Shown here piece after piece: positions 41,315 through 51,677 of a DNA stretch of 64,000 bases. Source of the DNA: Promethearchaeota archaeon Loki_b32 (GTDB lineage: Archaea > Asgardarchaeota > Lokiarchaeia > Sigyniarchaeales > SOKP01); contig NJBH01000011.1 of NCBI GenBank assembly GCA_005223125.1, positions 32,001 to 96,000 on the forward strand, written 5' to 3'. The translations under genes were made by a program, and so were the position numbers. Within the stretch, counting starts at the first letter, position 1. Each line of letters starts with the position of its first letter. The notes under the pieces are model-generated. The model saw only the letters and a list, made by a program, of their open reading frames with translations, was not told where the DNA came from and searched no databases.

Positions 41315-42028
41315 ATGCTGTTAAAAGGAGTGTTTTTTGATCTTTATGGAACATTATTAGTGCCTAAAAACAGTAAGAAAGCATGGAAAAATTGGTTCAT
41401 TACATTTTATGACCTTATGAGAAGGTATGGATTAAAATTATTAAAAAATGATTTTGCAGATGCATGTAACGGGTTTTTCACGAGAGCAGAACCTGAAAAA
41501 ACCCATGATGAATTAACTAATTATGAAAATAAGATAAGACAGTTTGCTTTTGATTTAAATGTAAGACTCAAAATAACTGAAATTAAACAAATTGGACAAG
41601 ATACTATTAATGCTTGGCATAAATATATAAAAATTGACCCAGAAACAATTCCATTATTAGAAGTATTAAAAAGTAAGAAATCTCTCGCCTTAATTACTAA
41701 TTTCGATCATCCACCACATATTTACACAATTTTATCTAAATATGAACTTGATAAATACTTTGAATTTATTGCAATTTCTGGAGAAATTGGGTTTAAAAAA
41801 CCTGATCCTCAGATTTTCCATATTACTCTTAAAAATATAGGATTAGAGCCTTCGGAGGTAGTATTTATAGGGGATAGTAAAGAAGACATTGAGGGTGCTA
41901 ACAAAGTGGGTATTAAACCAATTTTCATTCAACGACAAAGCTCCAAACAAATATTAACTGGTAATGATTATTTTTCTAAAAATATAGCTAAAAAACTCAA
42001 TACACAAAATTCAAGGATAAATCCCTGA
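41315..42028 (+). CDS. HAD-superfamily hydrolase
   Basis: FFDLYGTL, TN, KKPDP.IF, FIGDS..DI.GA. Confidence 0.9.
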   Translation: MLLKGVFFDLYGTLLVPKNSKKAWKNWFITFYDLMRRYGLKLLKNDFADACNGFFTRAEPEKTHDELTNYENKIRQFAFDLNVRLKITEIKQIGQDTINAWHKYIKIDPETIPLLEVLKSKKSLALITNFDHPPHIYTILSKYELDKYFEFIAISGEIGFKKPDPQIFHITLKNIGLEPSEVVFIGDSKEDIEGANKVGIKPIFIQRQSSKQILTGNDYFSKNIAKKLNTQNSRINP

Positions 42029-42238
42029 AAAATTATCTCAAATTTAAGAGATTTATATAAAATCATTAACATATAAGGAATTTTGGAAAAAGTACTTATT
42101 GAGTATAACTAGAAAACAAGAAAGAATCTAAATTTTTATAAAATTTTTAAATCTAAAGCAATTTATTTTAATATTTAAAATTATTAATAAATAAAAATTT
42201 GAAATCTTATTAAAAAACGACTTTAAAAGTGAGAAAAG

Positions 42239-44005
42239 ATGTCAGAATGGCAAGTTAAAGAAGATAAAGCATGGTTTAAAAAATGGTGGCCAAAAAAAAC
42301 TCCGAAAAATCATAAATTTGAAAAGATTTCATTAGGAGAGTTTTTTGAAAGGCAGAGAGAGAAATATGGCAATGAAAAGATGATGTGGTTTATTGAATCA
42401 TGGATGACTTACGAAGAAACTGGACAAGCAATAGATTCCTTAGCAACTTCACTCCATAAATTAGGAGTGAAAAAAGGAGATGTTGTTGCATTTTTAATGC
42501 CAAATTGTTTTCAATACGTAATTAGCTTTTATGCAACAGTAAAATTAGGAGCGATTGCGACTGGTATTAATCCTACTTACAAGCCTTTAGAAGTATTACA
42601 TCAACTTAAAATGACAAATTCAAAGGTTTTAATTACCTTGGACGCATTATACGGAGAATTAGCACGTCCAATCATGAATAAGGCTAATGTTGAGATGGTT
42701 ATTTACACAAATATAGCTGATTTAGCTTCAGGTTTATCAGGAATAAAGAAAACATTAGGAAAAATGATTGGTAAAATACCAAAAGGAAAAGTTGATTTTC
42801 CGAGTGCAATTAACTTTATGGATCTTCTTAATACTGAGGGCAATCTTCCAAAAGTGGATTTTGATCCTACCGAGCATACAGCTACATTTATTATGACCGG
42901 TGGAACTACGGGAGTTCCTAAAGCAACAGTTTTAACACATTTCAACTTAGTGTCTAATGCATATCAATGTGTTTTATGGGTAGGTGGTGAAGATCCAGGA
43001 ATAGGTGATATTGGGGCAATTCCATTGTATCATTCATTTGCAATGACAGCAGTTATGAATGCAGCTATAGGCTTGGGAGGTTGGATGATGCTCTTTCCAA
43101 GACCACCACCAACAGGTGAATTTTTAAAAGAAATTACACATATCGATGCTCCAAAAGGTCTTTTTTATGCGGGTGCTGAAATATTATTCAAGAGGATAGC
43201 AGATTTTCCAAATTTAGAAAAGTTTCCGAATTTAATGGGTAGGTTAAAACTCTGCATTTCAGGTGCTGGACCTTTGCATGCTCCTGTACAAAAATCATTC
43301 CAAGAAAATACTCGTGGAAGAATTGTAGAAGGATATGGGCTTTCAGAAGCAAGTCCTGTAGTAAGTGCAGGGAATCTTTTCGGTGAGAGCCCAGTTGGAA
43401 CCATTGGGATGCCAATGACGGGTACGGATTGGGGAATTTTTGATGCAGAAGAATTTGAGAAAGGATCCATAGCAGATGGTTCATCAGGGTCAAAATATGG
43501 AGAGGAAAATACTGGTGAAATTTGTGTTTGTGGTCCTCAAGTTATGAAAGGATATTTAAACCAACCAGAAGAAACGGCAGACACATTGAAAAAATGGGAT
43601 GGTCGATTATGGCTTCTAACTGGTGACATTGGATTTATGAATAAAGATGGAACAATAGCTATAAGAGACAGAAAGAAGCAATTAATTAAAGTTGCAGGTC
43701 ATTCGGTCTTCCCAGCAGAAGTTGAGACCATGCTTATGAGCCATGAAGCAGTTTCCGAAGCTGCTGTTGCAGGTTTACCCGATCCTAAGGGTAAAGTTGG
43801 TGAAATCACAAAAGCATGGGTCGCTTTAAAACCTGAATATAAGGGTAAAATTACCGAAGATGAATTAATAGCATGGACAGAAAAGAATATGACAAAATGG
43901 AAATGTCCGGCCATCATCGATTTTATTGATGATATACCGAAAAATATTATGGGAAAAATTCAGAGACGCGTCCTACAGGAAGCAGATCCATTGTTCAAGA
44001 AATAA
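42239..44005 (+). CDS. Long-chain fatty acid-CoA ligase (AMP-binding family)
   Basis: MTGGTTGVPK, EGYGLSE, TGDIG, DRKKQLI, GKIQRR. Confidence 0.92.
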   Translation: MSEWQVKEDKAWFKKWWPKKTPKNHKFEKISLGEFFERQREKYGNEKMMWFIESWMTYEETGQAIDSLATSLHKLGVKKGDVVAFLMPNCFQYVISFYATVKLGAIATGINPTYKPLEVLHQLKMTNSKVLITLDALYGELARPIMNKANVEMVIYTNIADLASGLSGIKKTLGKMIGKIPKGKVDFPSAINFMDLLNTEGNLPKVDFDPTEHTATFIMTGGTTGVPKATVLTHFNLVSNAYQCVLWVGGEDPGIGDIGAIPLYHSFAMTAVMNAAIGLGGWMMLFPRPPPTGEFLKEITHIDAPKGLFYAGAEILFKRIADFPNLEKFPNLMGRLKLCISGAGPLHAPVQKSFQENTRGRIVEGYGLSEASPVVSAGNLFGESPVGTIGMPMTGTDWGIFDAEEFEKGSIADGSSGSKYGEENTGEICVCGPQVMKGYLNQPEETADTLKKWDGRLWLLTGDIGFMNKDGTIAIRDRKKQLIKVAGHSVFPAEVETMLMSHEAVSEAAVAGLPDPKGKVGEITKAWVALKPEYKGKITEDELIAWTEKNMTKWKCPAIIDFIDDIPKNIMGKIQRRVLQEADPLFKK

Positions 44006-44114
44006 CTCTTTTTTTTTATCTTTTTTTTTTAAATTTAAACAAAGATTCAAGATATTTAGAATAATCAATTGCTAATTTCATAAACTTTTGAAATAATCAT
44101 TAATTTATTTTTCC

Positions 44115-45410
44115 ATGGAGCCAACAGCTTCTGGACACACCTTCGTTCACTATTTATTTTTCTGGGGGGGTCAATTATTTTCGATATTAGGCTCCTCTAT
44201 TATTCGTTTTGTTATCATCTGGTGGATTGCTAAAGAAACCCTAAATCCGATAACAGTATCAATTGCATTTTTCTTAGGTTCACTTCCAATGGTCATCATC
44301 CCACCTATCGTAGGAGTGTTTATTGATAGATGGAACAGAAAAATTGTTATTGCATTAGCTGATTCCCTACAAGCGTTTATAACTTTTTTAATAATATTGT
44401 TCTTTTTTACCGGTATTGCCAATGTCTGGCTTGTAATAATTATGAATATTTTCCGGGGAATTTGTCAAGCAATTCATTTCCCTACAGTGAATGCTATTAT
44501 CCCAATAATGATCCCTAAGAAATATCTAAGTAGAATGAACGCTATTAACTACTTATTCACAGGTGTTATTCAAGTAATTGGACCTATAGTAGGAGCAACC
44601 TTATTAGCTTTCTTTGAAATTGAGCAAATACTTTGGGCTGATATTTTCACTTTTTTTATAGCAATCATTCCATTATTATTAATTAAAATTCCCTCGATCC
44701 TGTCAAAATCGGAACAAACTAAAAAAGTTTCATATTTTAAGGATTTTAAAGATGGCATAAAGATTTTAAAGTCCGTTAAAAGTTTTCTTATCTTAATTAT
44801 ATTTATTTCTGTTATTAATCTCTTAAACATGCCCTTTACAACCCAAATGCCATTGTTTGTTTTAATAAATCACTCTGGTGGAGAACTTGATTTTGCTCTG
44901 GTAAGTGCATTTTTACAAATTGGAATCGTTATAGGTGCTATAATAGCCTTAACAAAAAAACATTGGAAACATAAGGAATTAATAATATTATATTCTGTGT
45001 TTATTGGAATTGGGGGGTATTTAATTACAACGCTAGCTCCAACAGGTAATTTTCTATTAATGGGCATTGGTGCATTAATTCATGCTTCCATGATCCCTAT
45101 AGCAAATACTATGTTTCTTACAATATTGCAAACAAAAATACCTACAGAAACACAGGGTAGAGTCTTTTCATTCGTTATTAGTATTGCAGCAGCTGTTACC
45201 CCCCTCGGAATGATAATCTCTGGCCCTTTAGCAGTGATTTTTGGAATTAGGTTACTTTTCATAATAGTTTTGTATTTACAATTTGTAAGTGTTATGGTAA
45301 TCTGGTTTTTTACTAATCTTAAAAATGTGATACGCACAGAATCTAAAGATGAATCAAGAGAGAAACCAGAAGAAGTAAGTCTAAGGCCAGAACAAATTGA
45401 ATTACAATAA
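44115..45410 (+). CDS. MFS transporter (DHA3/Mef-like)
   Basis: W.GQ..S..GS, G...DRWNRK, QGRV, about 12 TM. Confidence 0.88.
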   Translation: MEPTASGHTFVHYLFFWGGQLFSILGSSIIRFVIIWWIAKETLNPITVSIAFFLGSLPMVIIPPIVGVFIDRWNRKIVIALADSLQAFITFLIILFFFTGIANVWLVIIMNIFRGICQAIHFPTVNAIIPIMIPKKYLSRMNAINYLFTGVIQVIGPIVGATLLAFFEIEQILWADIFTFFIAIIPLLLIKIPSILSKSEQTKKVSYFKDFKDGIKILKSVKSFLILIIFISVINLLNMPFTTQMPLFVLINHSGGELDFALVSAFLQIGIVIGAIIALTKKHWKHKELIILYSVFIGIGGYLITTLAPTGNFLLMGIGALIHASMIPIANTMFLTILQTKIPTETQGRVFSFVISIAAAVTPLGMIISGPLAVIFGIRLLFIIVLYLQFVSVMVIWFFTNLKNVIRTESKDESREKPEEVSLRPEQIELQ

Positions 45411-45511
45411 TTTTTTATTCATTTAGACCATTAGGCAATAAATTTTAATTAGTATTTTAATTCTTTAAAAATATCCTAAAAGATTTTTAGTACAATCACT
45501 TAATTCTTACA

Positions 45512-46648
45512 ATGACAAGAGGAATCATAATATCAGGTGGCTGGGGAACTCGTTTACGACCATTAACTTGTACAATCCCTAAATCCTTGATTCCAATAGT
45601 TAATAAGCCTGTTATTGAGCGCCAAATCTTATTATTAAAATCCGCGGGGATAAAGGATATTATTTTAGCTGTGAGTGTAATGAGTGATGTATTGAGAAAA
45701 TATTTTGGAGATGGAGATAAACTTGGTATAAATATCCAATACACGGATGAAAAAACCCCACTGGGAACAGCTGGTGCTATTAAGTTAGCGGAAGATTATC
45801 TTAAAGAAGAAAACTTTTTTATGTTGAATGGTGATGTCATTTTAAATTTTGATTTTAAAGAATTGATTCAAGCTCATGCCAGATATGAAGGGTTAGGTGT
45901 AATTGCTAGTAAAGTTGTTCCTGATCCGTCAAGATATGGTGTTATAATTGCTGAAGAAAAATCAAACAAAATTTTAAAATTTCTTGAAAAATCGGAATAT
46001 ACGCCTCCGGACGGAAAGCATATTCCAATGCCTATCAATGCTGGAGTTTATATTTTAGAACCTGACATTTTTCAATATATTAAACCTAATAAAAAAGTTT
46101 CAATTGAACATGATATTTTTCCGATTCTCGTAAGTGAAGAGAAATTGTATCATTATTCTATTCCAGGAGTTTGGAAAGATATCGGTAAACCTGAAGAATT
46201 ATTAGAAGGTAATATTCAATTAATGAATGATATGTTAAAAAACCTACAAACGAAAAAAGAAAATTTAATTGATGAGAATTTAGATGTTGAGGGTAAAGTT
46301 TTAATAAAACCTCCTGTTACTATTGGAGAAAATGTTGTTATTAGAAAAAATTGTCAAATAGGACCAAATGTAATAATTGGAGATAAAGTGTATATAGGAG
46401 CAAATACAGAAATTAAAGATTCTTTGATTTATAACGAAACGTACATTTCAGAGAATGTCAAATGTGAAAAAACAATTATAGCAGATAATTGCCTACTTCA
46501 CGATGGAGTTCAATTAATCGGAAATAATCAAAATTTAGTTATTCTTTCTTCATATGTAGAAGTTTTAGATAACATAAAGTTAATTGCTCCTTACAATAAC
46601 TCACTTGCTATATGTCATCATGAAGTAGTTAGATTGGATGTATCCTAA
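45512..46648 (+). CDS. NDP-sugar pyrophosphorylase (mannose-1-phosphate guanylyltransferase-like)
   Basis: GG.GTRLRPLT...PK, PLGTAG, NGD, INAGVY, W.DIG, hexapeptide repeats. Confidence 0.9.
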   Translation: MTRGIIISGGWGTRLRPLTCTIPKSLIPIVNKPVIERQILLLKSAGIKDIILAVSVMSDVLRKYFGDGDKLGINIQYTDEKTPLGTAGAIKLAEDYLKEENFFMLNGDVILNFDFKELIQAHARYEGLGVIASKVVPDPSRYGVIIAEEKSNKILKFLEKSEYTPPDGKHIPMPINAGVYILEPDIFQYIKPNKKVSIEHDIFPILVSEEKLYHYSIPGVWKDIGKPEELLEGNIQLMNDMLKNLQTKKENLIDENLDVEGKVLIKPPVTIGENVVIRKNCQIGPNVIIGDKVYIGANTEIKDSLIYNETYISENVKCEKTIIADNCLLHDGVQLIGNNQNLVILSSYVEVLDNIKLIAPYNNSLAICHHEVVRLDVS

Positions 46649-46910
46649 TTAAAGTGGTTATATCTCTTCACGGAGTTTTATAATTATTTCTTTCTTGTAT
46701 TTGGTTTAACATAGCCCAACAAGCCTTTAGATTTTTAGATAAAAAACTATTTGAAAGATACTAAGGGGGAATATTTAAAAATTTAAATTAACAAATATAA
46801 TCTCAGTTCAAAGATAAATATTTATCAAGAAATAGAACTTTAAAGATCGTGAATTAGAGGAAAAAAACCTAGAAATGGATTTTAGCTAAAATTATGAGGT
46901 TTATTTTGAA

Positions 46911-48386
46911 TTGAAAGATTACCGAATTGATGATGATTGGATATTAAATCGAATTTCGGGGCAAAGTAATAGTTTTAGTCAATGGCTTTCTAATATAATG
47001 AATTCCGTTGAAAAAACTTTAGAAGAAGTACATCCTGAAGCACTTGAAGAATTCAAAAAAGATAAAAACTTGGTATCATTCAAAGATTTGGATAAGGAAT
47101 TAAGCGAAGCACAAAAAGAATTGGATAAGTTAGGATTTTTTGGAAAAAGCATTTCAAACTTTACCACGAAAATTCTTAGCGGGATTCAAAAACCAATTGA
47201 AAAACATATTAAAAAATCTTTAAAGGATATTGAGGGCTTAGATCTTGATTTAGATTTTATAACTGGAAAGAAAAAAGATTTATCTACTGCTCTTTTTGAT
47301 GTATCTAAAGAAAGGGGAATAGAATCTGAAGGTTTACTATATCTTATACGAGCTTTACCCGACCTTGAGGCATTTCTTTATAGTACCAGTGTGAGAAAAT
47401 ATTATCGAGATCATACGGAGCATGCTCTCCGTGTTGCTGTTTTAGGAGATTTTCTTTTAGAACAAGATTTAGGACAAGGATCTCTAGAAGGCATGATTTC
47501 TGAATTAACAGAACTAGACAAGAATTTATTAAAGGATAAATTTTGGTGGATCACGGGGTTACTTCATGATATCGGTTATCCTTTAGGAAAAATGACAACA
47601 GCAGTTAACTATTCACTTCTTAACCAATTATTAAAGTGTTATCCTACTCTTGATTTAGAATTCATCCCTTTTGAAATAAATTTAGCATGGAAAGGCGAAC
47701 AAGAAGAGTATCTGAAAATTATAGAAGAAGGACTTTCTAAAGAAGCTCGTGAATTATTAAGGCAAGGAGCTGGCTTTAAATATCAAAGCAGTTCTGCTCA
47801 AGATATACAGACTTTCTTAAATCAGCCAAATGGACATCCTGAATTTAAATATAAGAACCCTGTAGAATTAGATCATGGTGTCATTTCTGCGCTTTCTCTT
47901 TTGAAGGGTCTTGGAACTCCGCACGAAATTAAACAAAATGATGAATATGTCGGATATATTCTATGTGCAAGAGCAATGGCATTACATAATTTTAAAGCAT
48001 CTCTTAAAGACTATGTTTTTAAAGAGCAACCATTAGCATTTTTCTTAATGTTAATAGATGAATTGCAGGAGTGGGGGAGACCTATTCCTGTTCAAATACG
48101 TGATACATATTTTACCACTGAATTGACAAAAGTAACATTGTTAGATGAACTTTTACTTAGTTTAGATGAATTTTCATGGTTAATGCAGTTTAAAAATCAA
48201 CAAGCTAAAGACTTAATGAAATTTAATTTTAATTTATTTTCAAATGATAAGAAAAAAACATTCGGACGGTTAAAAAGTGGAGACCTGTTTCCTGAAACTA
48301 CAATCAACCTTCAAGATATTAAAATAATTAAAGAAAAAAAGGAAAAGAAGGAAAACATCATAGCACAAGATACAATTATTATTTGA
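46911..48386 (+). CDS. HD-domain metal-dependent phosphohydrolase-like protein
   Basis: RDHTEHALRV...LLHDIGYP...DHG...H...DELQEWGR. Confidence 0.75.
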   Translation: MKDYRIDDDWILNRISGQSNSFSQWLSNIMNSVEKTLEEVHPEALEEFKKDKNLVSFKDLDKELSEAQKELDKLGFFGKSISNFTTKILSGIQKPIEKHIKKSLKDIEGLDLDLDFITGKKKDLSTALFDVSKERGIESEGLLYLIRALPDLEAFLYSTSVRKYYRDHTEHALRVAVLGDFLLEQDLGQGSLEGMISELTELDKNLLKDKFWWITGLLHDIGYPLGKMTTAVNYSLLNQLLKCYPTLDLEFIPFEINLAWKGEQEEYLKIIEEGLSKEARELLRQGAGFKYQSSSAQDIQTFLNQPNGHPEFKYKNPVELDHGVISALSLLKGLGTPHEIKQNDEYVGYILCARAMALHNFKASLKDYVFKEQPLAFFLMLIDELQEWGRPIPVQIRDTYFTTELTKVTLLDELLLSLDEFSWLMQFKNQQAKDLMKFNFNLFSNDKKKTFGRLKSGDLFPETTINLQDIKIIKEKKEKKENIIAQDTIII

Positions 48387-48394
48387 AGTGAGAT

Positions 48395-48679
48395 ATGATT
48401 ATGGAAAGTATTAAAAAAAATGGTATAACAATATATAGTGCTCTATTTGAACGAAAAAAAGTTGTTGAAATCGATGACATTGAATATCCAATTAAGAGAT
48501 TTTCAAGTGGTATTCGATATGTAGATCTTTTTGGATATAGATACATCGAACAAAATCGCAATAAAAAATCAGAATGGGGTAAAAAAGCAAGAGAGGGTCA
48601 TAAGATCATGTGGGTTATTAAAGGTAGACGCTATATGGCAAGGATAATGGATGGAGAATATGTAGATTTAAAAAAATAA
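48395..48679 (+). CDS. Small hypothetical protein
   Basis: 94-aa ORF directly downstream of the HD gene with protein-like composition. Confidence 0.65.
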   Translation: MIMESIKKNGITIYSALFERKKVVEIDDIEYPIKRFSSGIRYVDLFGYRYIEQNRNKKSEWGKKAREGHKIMWVIKGRRYMARIMDGEYVDLKK

Positions 48680-48854
48680 TGTTTAACTCTTTTAATTCTT
48701 AGGTTATTTTTTACATAAAAATTGGTCTCCATTTTGTTATTATACTATTATATTCATTTTGTAATTAGTGATACAAAGAAAATTAGATAATATGGTATTA
48801 CCTTTTCCATTTCCATAATGGGTGTATTTTTAAAAATATACCCATTTTTTTCCT

Positions 48855-49454
48855 TTATTCTCCCTTAAACTTATCTGATATCAGTTCTAAGTAAGACTTT
48901 CTTATAGATTCTTCCTTTTTAATATCAAATATAGTTAAAAATTCAAATAGAACTTCTCTAGAACTGTTGAGGTTTTCAGCTGATTCTACTAAATATTCAA
49001 CTTCAATAAAATACTGTTCTAAAATTGGGATGTAATCAATTAACGCTTCGATATGGTAGGTTTGAAATTCGAATTCAAATAATTCTCTTTCTTTCTTAAC
49101 AGTAAAAATTTCTTGAAATCCTAATAGCTTTAACATATGTCTTATTTTTTCAATATCTTCTATTTTAACATCAATTTCTTCACGCGTTTTTGTAGTTATA
49201 TCTATTTTTTTCCCCTTATAGGTTATATAATAATTAATTGTTTTCTCGATGGGTTTGTCAAATTTATCAATCTCGACAGATTTCCTCAATCTTAAAGCTT
49301 CATCAGTCTCTTTAAAATCTCTTAATCCTTTTGGCATATTAAAGTAAGTGTCTTCATGATATAATGATAATTTGTATATACCTCCATGATCCTTAAACTT
49401 ATTTATCATGACCTCTGGATCTGAGATTTTTACCTTAATTTCTACCTCAATCAC
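48855..49454 (-). CDS. cyaB: Class IV adenylate cyclase / CYTH protein
   Basis: EVEIK, DTYF, ALRLR, TYKG, REE, V.K.R, FIEVE, SYLEL. Confidence 0.88.
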   Translation of the reverse strand: MIEVEIKVKISDPEVMINKFKDHGGIYKLSLYHEDTYFNMPKGLRDFKETDEALRLRKSVEIDKFDKPIEKTINYYITYKGKKIDITTKTREEIDVKIEDIEKIRHMLKLLGFQEIFTVKKERELFEFEFQTYHIEALIDYIPILEQYFIEVEYLVESAENLNSSREVLFEFLTIFDIKKEESIRKSYLELISDKFKGE

Positions 49455-49530
49455 GTTTCTAATATTTACTCTGATAACAATTATAATTTATAATTTTTTA
49501 TTAGTATTAATAGAATGGAATCGAGTTGAT

Positions 49531-50502
49531 ATATCTATTTCACAAATACAAGAAGATGCTAGAAAACTCGCAGAAAAATATGGTTATCTCCCCTATATGG
49601 TACAAAGATATATTCAATTCCTCGGGTTAGATGACACATTAAAATTGTTAAAGGCAAATGAGCAACCACTAACACCGTCAATCCGAGTTAACACTCTTAA
49701 GATATCTGTATTAGAATTAAAAAATCGATTAGAAAAAAAAGGATTTGAGTTAGAGCAAATTGACTGGGTTCCAAATGGATTTAAAGTAATTAAAGAAGCT
49801 TTCAATTTGGGATCTTCACACGAATTCCTACAAGGATATTATTATTTACAAAACATTGCTTCAATGTTATCCGCAGTTATTCTCAATCCTAAGCCAAATG
49901 ACATTGTAATCGATATGTGTGCTGCTCCAGGAAGTAAATCAACACACCTAGCTCAACTCATGGGTAATAATGGAACACTCATTTTAATTGATAAAAATAA
50001 AAACCGAATTCCTGCTCTAGAAACTAATTTACGCCGAATGGGAATTATTAATTCAATTTTACTTAATATAGATGCCATTAATTTACCAAATCTGAATGTT
50101 AAAGCTAATAAAATTTTATTAGACGCCCCATGCACAGGAGAAGGATTAATAAGACAAGATCCAAGTAGAAAAGTTAGTAAAAAAATGAAAGATATTGAAA
50201 AAATGGCTCCAATTCAAAAAAAACTATTAAAAGCAGGATTGAACTCATTAAAATCGGAAGGTGTGTTACTTTATTGTACGTGTTCAATCGCTCCTGAAGA
50301 GAATGAACTAGTTGTAAATGAAGTAGTGGATAAACTAGACAATTTTACTATAAGTGAAATATCTAAGAATTACGGTGTGAATGGCTTAACGGAAGTTTTT
50401 GGAATTAAACTATTAGAAGATTTAAGATTCTCACAACGCTTGTATCCTCATATTCATGATACTATAGGTTTTTACTTCTGCCTAATAAAAAATTTAGATT
50501 AA
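49531..50502 (+). CDS. Nop2/RsmB-family RNA m5C methyltransferase (start uncertain, possibly ATA 49531)
   Basis: RVNTLK, DMCAAPGSKS, LLDAPCTGEG, YCTCS..PEENE; the track start overlaps the divergent cyaB gene. Confidence 0.88.
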   Translation: MSISQIQEDARKLAEKYGYLPYMVQRYIQFLGLDDTLKLLKANEQPLTPSIRVNTLKISVLELKNRLEKKGFELEQIDWVPNGFKVIKEAFNLGSSHEFLQGYYYLQNIASMLSAVILNPKPNDIVIDMCAAPGSKSTHLAQLMGNNGTLILIDKNKNRIPALETNLRRMGIINSILLNIDAINLPNLNVKANKILLDAPCTGEGLIRQDPSRKVSKKMKDIEKMAPIQKKLLKAGLNSLKSEGVLLYCTCSIAPEENELVVNEVVDKLDNFTISEISKNYGVNGLTEVFGIKLLEDLRFSQRLYPHIHDTIGFYFCLIKNLD

Positions 50503-50935
50503 TTTTTTTTTTGTAGAATTTTAGTCCATATGATTTTATAGGAGAATTTGTATTATTTAATATGTATTAATCTTTGAAATTCAACATTTTTCTGTAAAAA
50601 TGACTTCTATTACTATTTTTAATGAGAAAATAAAAGATAGTATAACAATGTCTAATACTTTAGATAATATAGAAGCGATAATCTTAAAGTATGAGTGTAC
50701 ATTTAAAATACTACTTAGAAAAAGATCCTGGTTATTAAGACTTTCAAGAAAATTGTGTCCCACTTCCAAGATTTTGTTCTTAAAAGAAGATTTATATTTA
50801 TATTTATTAAGAAACAATCTTTATATAAAAAACACCACCATTAGGAAATTAATAAAACCAGAAATTCTTAAAGCCCCCGAATTTCGAGTATACTGTTTAT
50901 ATCTCAATTATATAATACAATTGGTTATCTCTATT

Positions 50936-51652
50936 ATGAAAATCCAGATTTTATCTAAGTCTATAGGATTCGAGCATCCTAGTGTGAAGAGAGTTATAGA
51001 GATAGCTGAGGATATTATGAGTAAGAACAAAATATTAAATGTGGAAACTCTCTACAACGTGGCAAAAAAAATATTGAAATTACCTAGAAACGGACTCTTA
51101 TTTATAATACAATTTTTAATAAATAAAAAAATTCTAATTGAAGGTTCAAAATTCTCCAAGGAAACAGTTCTTTTAAATTCCATTAGAAAAAGTGTTTATA
51201 ATTATATTAGATTGAACCCGGGAGTACATTTTTCTATTTTAAGAAGAAAGGCGCTATCTGATAAATCAGGAAGTTCGGGACAATTAGTATGGCATTTAGA
51301 AATGTTGCTAAAATTTAACTACATTAATAAAATTAAAGTGGGTAATTATACAGTTTTCCTTCCTTTTGATATGTCTGAGGATATTGGAAAATTAATTTTT
51401 CTTCTAAGAGATCAAATAACAAATAAAATAGTTCATTTATTAGTTGGTAAGGAAACTTTAGTTAAAGCTGAGATATATAAACAATTAGAAGAAAAAAGAG
51501 AAAATGTCTATTATCGCATTAACAATTTACAAGATCATGATGTAATTGCTATAAGTGAGAGTTCAGATAAAGAAATATGCTTAAACTCGAATAAAAAGGA
51601 GATTATTATTGACATTTTAAAATCATTAAAATTAAATACTGAAAATAAATAA
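50936..51652 (+). CDS. Winged-helix transcriptional regulator with tandem wHTH
   Basis: RKSVYNYIRLNPGVHFS...GQLVWHLEML and a second YYRINNL helix; ATG 50936 preferred. Confidence 0.75.
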   Translation: MKIQILSKSIGFEHPSVKRVIEIAEDIMSKNKILNVETLYNVAKKILKLPRNGLLFIIQFLINKKILIEGSKFSKETVLLNSIRKSVYNYIRLNPGVHFSILRRKALSDKSGSSGQLVWHLEMLLKFNYINKIKVGNYTVFLPFDMSEDIGKLIFLLRDQITNKIVHLLVGKETLVKAEIYKQLEEKRENVYYRINNLQDHDVIAISESSDKEICLNSNKKEIIIDILKSLKLNTENK

Positions 51653-51677
51653 CGGTGAATTAGGAAGAGGTATTAAA

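Noticed and set aside
49408-49530. Track start of the Nop2-like gene
   Set aside because: Overlaps the divergent cyaB gene and translates promoter-like AT-rich DNA
50600-50935. 112-codon N-terminal extension of the wHTH gene and antisense ORF 50581-50817
   Set aside because: No recognisable motifs; ATG 50936 begins the protein-like region; cannot support either
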